From: Verrucomicrobiota bacterium
GTDB lineage: Bacteria; Verrucomicrobiota; Verrucomicrobiia; Verrucomicrobiales; V1-33
Length of the DNA stretch: 64,000 nt
Direction: 5' to 3'
Assembly: GCA_039795165.1 (NCBI GenBank)
Contig: JBDKER010000009.1
Location: forward strand, 19,699 to 83,698
Shown: one piece after another, positions 45,563-54,232 of the stretch
Layout: the number at the start of each line of letters is the position of its first letter
How positions within the stretch are numbered: position 1 is the first letter of the stretch
Program-made: the position numbers and the translations under genes
The notes under the pieces: model-generated
What the model was told of the DNA's origin: nothing
The model's database searches: none
The model's input: only the letters and a program-made list of their open reading frames with translations

Positions 45563-45928
45563 GGTGGAAACGGTTGGGTTGATCGTGCAGGAGCGGGTGA
45601 GTACAGCTGGCAGGTAATTTTTGGGGGGGGCGACGGCTGGGGTTCGGGGCGTGAGCGTGATGGAATTAATCGAAGGGACGGCGGAAATTGGGAGAAAGTC
45701 TGGGTCGGCGTCAAGGATTTCCCTGCGAAACACCAGGGGAAAATACGATGGCCTCTCCGGAATCGGAATTTCGCCTGAAGCGTAGTGTGCGGCGCAGGTG
45801 ACGGCAACTCTAAAACCGATTTTTTTCCGCAGAAAAAATCCTTGCGGTGACGCTTGGAGGGATTGGCGTCCTGAGACGCGTAGTGAAGAGGGGCTGGCGG
45901 GGTGGCGCGGCGGCATGAGGATCGGGGC

Positions 45929-47746
45929 ATGAAGCTGATTTCCCTGCTGACGCTGCTGATGGTGATGACAGTACGGGGGGCGGATCGTCCCCATGTGCTT
46001 TGGATTACGAGCGAGGACAATGGGCCGCAGCTGGGTTGCTACGGGGACCGTGACGCGGACACGCCGAATCTGGACCGGCTGGCGTCGCGCGGGGTGCGGT
46101 TCCGGCGGGTGTGGTCGGTGGCACCGGTGTGTGCGCCGGCTCGGACGGCCTTGATTTCCGGGGTGTACCCACATTCCAGCGGGGGGCTGCACATGCGGAG
46201 TCAGGTTCCGCTTCCGGATGGCTGGCGGCTGTATCCTCAGTTTCTGCGGGAGGCTGGGGTCTACTGCACCAACAACGCGAAGGAGGATTACAACGTGGCG
46301 GTCCGCGGGAAGGTGTGGGATGAATCTTCGAAACGGGCGCACTGGCGGCACCGCGCGGCCGGGCAGGCGTTTTTTGCGGTCTTCAATATCGAGCTGACGC
46401 ATGAGAGTCAGGTGCGGAAGCGGCCTCACCGGGCGGTGCATGATCCTGCGGCGGTGCGTTTGCCGTCGTACTGGCCGGATCTTCCCGAGGTGCGGCAGGA
46501 CTGGGCGCAGTATCATGACCGGATGACGGAAATGGATGCGAGGGTGGGGGAGCTGCTTCGTGAGGTGGAGGAGGCCGGGCTGGCGGGGGAGACGATTGTG
46601 ATTTACTGCGGGGATCACGGGCCTGGGTTGCCGCGGTGCAAGCGGACGCCGATGGATTCGGGCCTGCGGGTGCCGCTGCTGATGCATTTTCCGGAGAAGT
46701 GGCGGCATCTGGCTCCGGAGGGGTATGCGGAGGGTCGTGAATTGGCGCAGCTGGTTGATTTCACTGATTTTGCGCCCACCTTTCTGAGTCTTTATGGTTT
46801 GGAGATTCCCGGCTGGATGCAGGGCCGGGCATTTGCGGGGCAGCGCCGGGCCGAGCCGCGGAGTTATGTGTTCGGGATGAGGGATCGGATGGATGAACGG
46901 TACGATCCGGTGAGGTCGGTGAGCGATGGCCGCTGGGTCTATGTACGCAATTTCTTCACGCATCGGCCGGCTGGTCAGCGGGTTGCGTATCAGTTCGAGA
47001 CGCCCATGACGCGGGCGTGGCATCGGTTGGCGGGGGAGCAGCCCTTGCCTGAGGCGCAGGCGGCGTTCTGGAAACCGCATCCGGCCGAGGAACTCTATAA
47101 TCTGGAGAACGATCCCGATGAGGTGAAGAATCTCGCGGGCGATCCTCGCAGCGGGGAGGTTCTGGCGCGGATGAGGTCTGCCCTCCGGGCACAGCAGGAA
47201 CTGGTGGGTGACGTCTCTCTGCTGCCCGAGGCCGAGATGCTGCGGCTGAGTGCGGGGGGATCGCCGTATGCGATGGCACGCGCTGGCGGCAGTTTCCGCT
47301 TTGCAGAGGTGGTGCGGGCAGCCTTCGCGGCGAGTGGCCCCGGCCTTTCCGCTGAAGAGATTGGGAAACTGCTGCGCCATTCCGAGGCCGGGGTGCGCTG
47401 GTGGGGGGCGATGGGGTGCCGGATGCGGCCGGATCTTGCGGAGGCCGAGCGGGGTCGGCTCGGGGAGATGCTGACTGATGAAAATCCAAGTGTCCGGGTG
47501 GCGGCGGCCGAGGCCCTGCGGGGCACGGATGCGGCCGTGGCGGTTCTGCTGAAATCGGCCGATCTGCTGCAGTCTGATTACTACGATGCCCTGCGGGCGC
47601 TTAATTCGCTGGAGGATCTGGGGGAAGAGCGGGTGGGGCATCTCCGGGGCGAGCTGATGAAGCTGCCGGTGAGGTCGGGCCGACCCCTTCCGCGGGGGGG
47701 CGATTACATGGAGCGGATGCTGAAGCATCTCGGGGTGCGTCCATGA
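45929..47746 (+). CDS. type I sulfatase with C-terminal HEAT-repeat region
   Basis: Signal MKLISLLTLLMVMTVRGA, HVLWITSEDNGP, C-A-P-A-R formylglycine motif (VCAPARTALISG). The C-terminal repeats ENPSVRVAAAEALRG are HEAT/PBS-lyase-like. Confidence 0.85.
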   Translation: MKLISLLTLLMVMTVRGADRPHVLWITSEDNGPQLGCYGDRDADTPNLDRLASRGVRFRRVWSVAPVCAPARTALISGVYPHSSGGLHMRSQVPLPDGWRLYPQFLREAGVYCTNNAKEDYNVAVRGKVWDESSKRAHWRHRAAGQAFFAVFNIELTHESQVRKRPHRAVHDPAAVRLPSYWPDLPEVRQDWAQYHDRMTEMDARVGELLREVEEAGLAGETIVIYCGDHGPGLPRCKRTPMDSGLRVPLLMHFPEKWRHLAPEGYAEGRELAQLVDFTDFAPTFLSLYGLEIPGWMQGRAFAGQRRAEPRSYVFGMRDRMDERYDPVRSVSDGRWVYVRNFFTHRPAGQRVAYQFETPMTRAWHRLAGEQPLPEAQAAFWKPHPAEELYNLENDPDEVKNLAGDPRSGEVLARMRSALRAQQELVGDVSLLPEAEMLRLSAGGSPYAMARAGGSFRFAEVVRAAFAASGPGLSAEEIGKLLRHSEAGVRWWGAMGCRMRPDLAEAERGRLGEMLTDENPSVRVAAAEALRGTDAAVAVLLKSADLLQSDYYDALRALNSLEDLGEERVGHLRGELMKLPVRSGRPLPRGGDYMERMLKHLGVRP

Positions 47747-47979
47747 GGGTTGGCGGGCTTGAGGCAAAACGCCACTTGCGGGGCGGGGAAACGGTGGTAG
47801 TTCCGTATTCTTCCGGGTGATTTCGCGGCTTGCTGGCCGGCGATCGTTTCCGTCTGATTTTTCCATTCTCATTTCCATCCGCCACGATGGCTTCGCCGAA
47901 GATTGTGTCTTTTCCGTCAGGGTTGCCGGGAGCGCAGCCCGGGGCGGGCCGGGTTGCCAACCGACAAGACTTTACTGCC

Positions 47980-48204
47980 ATGAAGACCGACCTCATTGAA
48001 AAAGCCGCGCGCATCATTCCGAATCCTCCTGTGCTTGTGAATCTGGTATCGCGCCGCGTCCGGCAGTTGAATCAGGGCCGGGCACCGCTCATCAATCCTG
48101 CGGCCTATGGAATGCGGCTGGGCCAGGGCGACATTGCCCTGCTGGAAATCATTGAAGGAAAGATTTCCGCGGAATTTGCCGACGCGCCTGTGGAGCCATC
48201 CTGA
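47980..48204 (+). CDS. rpoZ: DNA-directed RNA polymerase subunit omega
   Basis: 74-aa product. NPPVLVNLVSRRVRQLNQG and DIALLEIIEGKI match the omega pattern NRF.LV..AakRARQL ... AlrEIaeGki. Confidence 0.7.
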   Translation: MKTDLIEKAARIIPNPPVLVNLVSRRVRQLNQGRAPLINPAAYGMRLGQGDIALLEIIEGKISAEFADAPVEPS

Positions 48205-48278
48205 GTGGTCGGGTGCGGAGCTGACGGGTGGTTTGCCGGACGGTTCCGGCGGGCGAGTCAGCAGAATCGAGAAAATCC

Positions 48279-48746
48279 ATGGCTGCCGCGAGCGGGGACA
48301 TTGCCGTCAACCGGAAGGCGCTGCACGAGTACCACATCCTTGAGAAGCTCGAGGCCGGCGTGGAACTCAAGGGCACCGAGGTGAAGTCGGTCCGGGAAGG
48401 ACGCATCAATCTGCGGGATGCCTTTGCGCGGGTGGACGGGGGGCAGTGTCTGCTGTATGGCTGTGACATTCAGCCGTATGAAAAGGCGAGCTGGGAGCAG
48501 CATGATCCGCGGCGGGTGCGCCGCCTGCTGCTGCACCGCAAGGAGATCATGCGGCTTTATGGCATCTGCCAGGTGAAGGGTCATGCCCTTGTGGCGCTCC
48601 GGGCGTACTGGAAGGGACCGCGGGTGAAGATCGAGCTGGCGGTGGCGCGCGGGAAGGATGCGGGGGACAAGCGGGAAGCGCTCAAGGGGAAGGAAGCGAA
48701 GCGGGAGATGGAGCGTGAGGCGGCGCGGTTCAACCGGCGGAAGTGA
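48279..48746 (+). CDS. smpB: SsrA-binding protein
   Basis: NRKALHEYHILEKLEAGVELKGTEVKSVREGRINLRDAF..., LLLHRKEI, and a basic C-terminal tail. Confidence 0.95.
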   Translation: MAAASGDIAVNRKALHEYHILEKLEAGVELKGTEVKSVREGRINLRDAFARVDGGQCLLYGCDIQPYEKASWEQHDPRRVRRLLLHRKEIMRLYGICQVKGHALVALRAYWKGPRVKIELAVARGKDAGDKREALKGKEAKREMEREAARFNRRK

Positions 48747-48806
48747 GGGAGGTGGGGGGAGCAAATTGGGGTTTGAAATCGTGGGCGGGAGCGGCCAGGG
48801 GGAAGG

Positions 48807-51140
48807 ATGGTGGTATCCCGGAGAGAAATGATTGCGTCCCTGCTGGCGGTGGTGCCCTCGGTTCTGCTGCCGGTCCCGGGACGGGCGCGGGAACCGCTCA
48901 CTGCAGCGGAGGGCGAACGGCTGGGGAAGCTGATTCCGCGTACATATGCCAAGCTGCAGCGCCGGGAGCCGCTCTATGTGGCGGTTTTCGGGGACGACGT
49001 GAGTACGTTTTATCAACCGTCGCCGTTGGAGGGTTCTTACGATGCGGCCCTTGCGTGGCATGGTCGGTTTCTGGACCGGCTGGGTGGGGATTTTCATTAT
49101 CACGGCGGGGTCACGGATCTGGATCCGGTGTCGGCCGTGAAGCGGGCGGATGCCGACATCGTGCGGCAGTGGCAGGAATACCGGGCCCTTGTGGTGGCCC
49201 GGGAGAAGTCGGGCAAAGGCCCTGAGCCGGCGCTGCCGGGGGCGATCGGGGCGCAGAAGGAGGCCCCGCAGGCGGTGTTTTCGGTCAACGATCTGCTGCG
49301 GCGGGGATTGCCGCCCTCGCGCCGACCTGTCAGTGCGTCGGCGATTTTCGTGCGCAATTATTCACGGGACGGGGCGGTGGCGGTGCAGGCGATGGAGCCC
49401 CTCACGAGCGAGGTTTTTCTGAGTGAGGCTGGCGCGGAGACGGATCTGGTGCTGCTGAGTTGTGGTGGGCGGGATGCGCTGGCTGGTGCTTCGCTGGCAT
49501 CGTTCCGGGAGGCGATGGAACGGGCCGTGGCGTATTGCCGGGAGAAGGGGGCGGATGTGGTGCTGGCGGCGGTGCCGCCGTCTCTTGAGGGTGGAGATCC
49601 GCGGGTGAACCTTGGGAGGGCGAGACCCTATGCGGCGGTGCTGCGGGAGATTGCCGAAAAGGCTGGTATTTTCTTCGCTGATCTGGGCAATGCGCTCGTG
49701 CGGAGGCCGTCGGATCTGATCAATCTGAATGCGCGCGATGCGTTTGCGGCGGCCCTTGAGGCGCTGCGGCCGCATTTCGACCACCCGGGGATTGAGCCTG
49801 CCGGCGTGTCATGGCATCCGGATGGGGGTGCGCACCGCCGGATGGGGGATGCGGTGGCCGACTGGCTGGTGCGGGGGGAACCCGTTCCACAGCTGGGGGT
49901 TTCGGCATTTCTGGACCTGAACGCGGGTCCGGTGGGCGAGGCGGTGCTGACGCTGCGGTTGTTCAATGCGGGCAAGGTTCCGGTCTCGGCGGTGGTAAGT
50001 CCGCTGGTGATGACCGGGTATCGGATGAAGGAGGGGACTGCCGATGCTGCGGTGGTGGTCGGACCGGGAAAGGCGAAGCGGCTGGCGGTGCCCGTGGTGC
50101 GGGTGGATGGCGAGCGGCCGCCAGGGGACGAGGCCCGCGTGCGGGGATCTGTGCTGCTGAGCGACGATGGGTTTCTGCAGATTGCGGATTTTGCCGCTCC
50201 GGTGCAGCCGGTTTCGGTGCTGTGGCCCGAGGAACGTGAGGATGGGGTAGAAGGGGATTGTCTGGTCAAGGCGCAGGTGGTCAATACGGGGGCAGTGACC
50301 ATCGATGCGGTGGCGAAGGTTTTCTGGCGTGGACAGGAAACGGTGGTGGCGGTGAAGGCCGAGCCCGGGGCGACGGTGCCGCTGCCGCTGCGCCTTGCTC
50401 TTCCGGATCCGGGTGAATCCTTCCGTTTCCGTGAGAATGTCAGGATTGAGATCCCGGCGGGGGACCGCCTGCTCGGCTGGGAGCGGACCATTGAGGGCGT
50501 CCGTCACGCCGGGCTCAACCAGCGGTTGCCGCTCGCTCCGCTGGGACCGGAATCGGCAAAAGCCGCTGGCGAGGGAGCCGCCGGGTTCGGCTCTGTGAGT
50601 GTCCAGGCCGATCTCGAAGGCATTTATTTCATTGTGGAAGTGCCCCCGGAGATTGTGTCCGACGAGGTCGAGGGCAAGCCATGGGGGGCGCTGGAGATTC
50701 AGATTGATGGCCGGGGCGAGGCGGCCAACGGGACCTTTGGCTGCATCGGGAAGATTGCCATGGACATTCCCCGGGCGGACGGGCCCGTGAAGGTGAAGTC
50801 GGTTCCGCCCGCCGTTTTCGGGGAAGGATATGCGTATCAGTACCATCCGGACAGCTTCCGGGCGAAGGCCGAAACGAGGCCGGATGGAGCGCGGCGGATC
50901 GAATTCACCATGAAGCGGGGGAATCTGGTGCATCATGAATGGTCGCTCGACGGTGCTGGGCAGAGCGATTTCGGGATCAATGTGCGCCTGTTTCTCTGCG
51001 ATGTGCGCGGGGGCGGACCGTCCGTGCTGCGGGCTGGCGTGCTCGCAGAGAGCGGGTTTCCCGTTTATGATGGCCGGGGGCTGACTCTGTTCGAACTGCG
51101 GGCGAATCCGGCGAAGCGGTGGTCGGTCCGCATCTTCTGA
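48807..51140 (+). CDS. exported hypothetical protein: N-terminal SGNH/GDSL-like hydrolase domain, possible C-terminal CBM9-like domain
   Basis: Signal-like N-terminus. LYVAVFGDDVS (block I-like, with Asp in place of the nucleophile Ser position), LLSCGGRDA (block II-like), WHPDGGAH (block V-like). Near the C-terminus, IYFIVEVPPE...ALEIQIDGRG resembles CBM9/DOMON-type domains. All of this is tentative. Confidence 0.45.
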   Translation: MVVSRREMIASLLAVVPSVLLPVPGRAREPLTAAEGERLGKLIPRTYAKLQRREPLYVAVFGDDVSTFYQPSPLEGSYDAALAWHGRFLDRLGGDFHYHGGVTDLDPVSAVKRADADIVRQWQEYRALVVAREKSGKGPEPALPGAIGAQKEAPQAVFSVNDLLRRGLPPSRRPVSASAIFVRNYSRDGAVAVQAMEPLTSEVFLSEAGAETDLVLLSCGGRDALAGASLASFREAMERAVAYCREKGADVVLAAVPPSLEGGDPRVNLGRARPYAAVLREIAEKAGIFFADLGNALVRRPSDLINLNARDAFAAALEALRPHFDHPGIEPAGVSWHPDGGAHRRMGDAVADWLVRGEPVPQLGVSAFLDLNAGPVGEAVLTLRLFNAGKVPVSAVVSPLVMTGYRMKEGTADAAVVVGPGKAKRLAVPVVRVDGERPPGDEARVRGSVLLSDDGFLQIADFAAPVQPVSVLWPEEREDGVEGDCLVKAQVVNTGAVTIDAVAKVFWRGQETVVAVKAEPGATVPLPLRLALPDPGESFRFRENVRIEIPAGDRLLGWERTIEGVRHAGLNQRLPLAPLGPESAKAAGEGAAGFGSVSVQADLEGIYFIVEVPPEIVSDEVEGKPWGALEIQIDGRGEAANGTFGCIGKIAMDIPRADGPVKVKSVPPAVFGEGYAYQYHPDSFRAKAETRPDGARRIEFTMKRGNLVHHEWSLDGAGQSDFGINVRLFLCDVRGGGPSVLRAGVLAESGFPVYDGRGLTLFELRANPAKRWSVRIF

Positions 51141-51156
51141 AGCCCCGGGCACCGTC

Positions 51157-51648
51157 ATGAGGGCCATTGTTTCCATCGCTGAGCAGGGCCTGCGGCTCCT
51201 CGACCGCCGTGGCAGGATGGTGGCGTGGTATCCGGTCTCGACTTCGTTCCGCGGGCCTGGTTTCGAGCCGGGGAGCAACTGCACGCCGACCGGGCGGTTC
51301 CGGGTCTGGCGGAAGTTCGGTCACGGCGTGCCTGCGGGAACGGTTTTCCGGAGCCGGAAGGTAGTGGGGCGGTGGCGGGGCGAGGCTGTGGAAGACGATC
51401 TGATTCTTTCGCGGATTCTGTGGCTGGACGGTGCGGAGGCGGCGAATGCCAACACGAAGGAACGGTACATCTACATTCATGGCACGAATCAGGAAGAAAG
51501 GATCGGGACCCCGGCGAGCCATGGCTGCGTGCGCATGACCAATGCTGACGTGATTGATCTCTTCCGGCGACTCCGGGTGGGGTCGGAGGTCGTTATTAAT
51601 GCGGATGCCCGGGGCATGAAGCTGCCGGAATTACCGAATCTCCTGTGA
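51157..51648 (+). CDS. L,D-transpeptidase (YkuD) family protein
   Basis: IYIHGTNQEERIGTPASHGCVRMTNADVIDLF contains the HG(T) ... SHGC(V/I)RM catalytic signature. Confidence 0.85.
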   Translation: MRAIVSIAEQGLRLLDRRGRMVAWYPVSTSFRGPGFEPGSNCTPTGRFRVWRKFGHGVPAGTVFRSRKVVGRWRGEAVEDDLILSRILWLDGAEAANANTKERYIYIHGTNQEERIGTPASHGCVRMTNADVIDLFRRLRVGSEVVINADARGMKLPELPNLL

Positions 51649-52310
51649 TCCAGCTGCGCAGCATATCCCGGCATTATGAATCCGAAGGCCGGCCGGTGGC
51701 CGCCCTCGATGCGGTGAGTGTGGACATCGGCGAGGGAACCTTCACGGCGGTGACGGGGCCGAGCGGCTGCGGAAAGAGCACTCTGCTGCACTTGCTGGCG
51801 GCGCTTGACCGACCCGATACCGGGGAAATTGAAGTGGCGGGCGTCCGTCTTGATCTGGCCGGCGAAGCCGAACGGACGAGATACCGCCGGGAGACCGTCG
51901 GCATCGTTTTCCAGTTTTTCCATCTGCTTCCCGGCATGACTCTTGAGGAAAATGTCAGTCTGCCCCTCCTGCTGGCGGGGCGTGGTGCTGGGGAAGCCCG
52001 TACCCGGGCCCATGAACTGCTGGCACTGGCGGGACTCGACGGGAAAACGGGGCGGCTGCCGCACGAAGTGAGCGGAGGCGAGATGCAGCGGACGGCGGTG
52101 GCGCGCGCCCTCGTGCATCGCCCGAGGCTGCTGCTGGCGGATGAACCGACCGGAAATCTCGACTCAGCCGGGGCCGCCAGGGTCATGGATCTTCTGCACC
52201 GGATTCACGCGGATGGTCATGCCACCATTGTCATGGTGACACACAGCGAAACCATCGCCGCATCGCTGCCGGCAAGGCTGCGGATGGCAGACGGGCGCAT
52301 CGTCGGCTGA
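51645..52310 (+). CDS. ABC transporter ATP-binding protein (LolD/MacB/FtsE-like)
   Basis: The GTG start overlaps the previous stop (GTGA). Walker A GPSGCGKST, signature VSGGEMQR, Walker B LLLADEPTGNLD. No permease gene is adjacent. Confidence 0.9.
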   Translation: MIQLRSISRHYESEGRPVAALDAVSVDIGEGTFTAVTGPSGCGKSTLLHLLAALDRPDTGEIEVAGVRLDLAGEAERTRYRRETVGIVFQFFHLLPGMTLEENVSLPLLLAGRGAGEARTRAHELLALAGLDGKTGRLPHEVSGGEMQRTAVARALVHRPRLLLADEPTGNLDSAGAARVMDLLHRIHADGHATIVMVTHSETIAASLPARLRMADGRIVG

Positions 52311-52344
52311 GGCAATCGGCACGCTCCGGCGCTTCCCCGATTGA

Positions 52345-53451
<1,107 letters not shown>

Positions 53452-53479
53452 CTCTGCGGGTTGTTCATTCTGAACTCAT

Positions 53480-53513
53480 GAAGAGGGTGCCGGCAAGGCA
53501 CCCTCTTCTTTTT
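53480..53513 (+). terminator. intrinsic terminator after gap
   Basis: GAAGAGGGTGCC-ggcaa-GGCACCCTCTTC followed by TTTTT. Confidence 0.85.
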
Positions 53514-53578
53514 GGACGGGGTACGAAAAAAAATGATTTTTCTGTGCCGCAAATGAGTGAAATGGTGTATTGTCCGTC

Positions 53579-54010
53579 ATGATCTTACCATCTGCTTTCG
53601 CGAAAATGCTTGATGAGTTCATGGATGCGTCCGGACTCAATGGAAACGCACTGGCCGAGGCCATCGGTGTCAAGCCCACCAGTATTTCCGGTTGGCGTCA
53701 CGGTCGGGATTTCCCTGATGGCGACAGCATGCGGCGGATCATCGAAACGCTGCGGGGCCGGATTTCGGATGATGACGCCCGGATTCTCCTGCGGGCGTGG
53801 ATGGAACTGCGCCTTGGGGATGTTGCCAAGCTGTCGTGGGAAGATGGGCAGCCTTCCAAGGGGAAGGGAACCGATGGCCGTGCCGCGCTTGACCAGATGC
53901 TCTGGCGCTGGACTCACGCTGAGCGCGAGGACATTCACCGCCTGCTGCAGCAGGCCGAACTGAAAGGGGTGGTGCGCGAGGCACTGGTGGCCCTTGCCCG
54001 CTGCATCTAG
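53579..54010 (+). CDS. XRE-family helix-turn-helix transcriptional regulator
   Basis: LNGNALAEAIGVKPTSISGWRHGRDFP is a classic HTH_XRE segment. ATG at 53579 (the track uses TTG at 53570). The C-terminal ~80 aa are uncharacterised. Confidence 0.6.
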   Translation: MILPSAFAKMLDEFMDASGLNGNALAEAIGVKPTSISGWRHGRDFPDGDSMRRIIETLRGRISDDDARILLRAWMELRLGDVAKLSWEDGQPSKGKGTDGRAALDQMLWRWTHAEREDIHRLLQQAELKGVVREALVALARCI

Positions 54011-54138
54011 AGTTACCGGGGGGAATTGCGCCCGGAGTTCCGGGGCAACTGACCGGGAAAGGACTGGCTGGTGTTTCCCCGGCCCTCCTGGAAGGCAGCC
54101 TCGACGTTCTTCACGGGCTTGTTTTCCCCGGTCGGAGC

Positions 54139-54156
54139 TTGTGAAATTTTTCACAA
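54139..54156. promoter_or_regulatory. perfect CRP/FNR-family-type palindrome TTGTGAAA-TT-TTTCACAA (TGTGA-N6-TCACA)
   Basis: An 18-bp perfect palindrome read directly from the sequence. Its centre is ~86 nt upstream of the GTG (54233) and ~134 nt upstream of the ATG (54281) of the nuoG-like gene. It is AT-rich in a GC-rich spacer. Confidence 0.45.
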
Positions 54157-54232
54157 ATACCCTTGCCCGTGTCCGGCGCGGAGGCATCATTTCCCGCCCG
54201 ACTTCCGAACAGAAAACCGCCTGAAAAATCCC

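Noticed and set aside
45563-47878. N-terminal ~770 aa of the 993-aa minus-strand ORF 44897-47878
   Set aside because: This part is antisense to the sulfatase gene and crosses the non-coding spacer. It is R/P/H-rich nonsense. Only the last 221 codons, from the ATG at 45562 with a clear signal peptide, look like a real protein.
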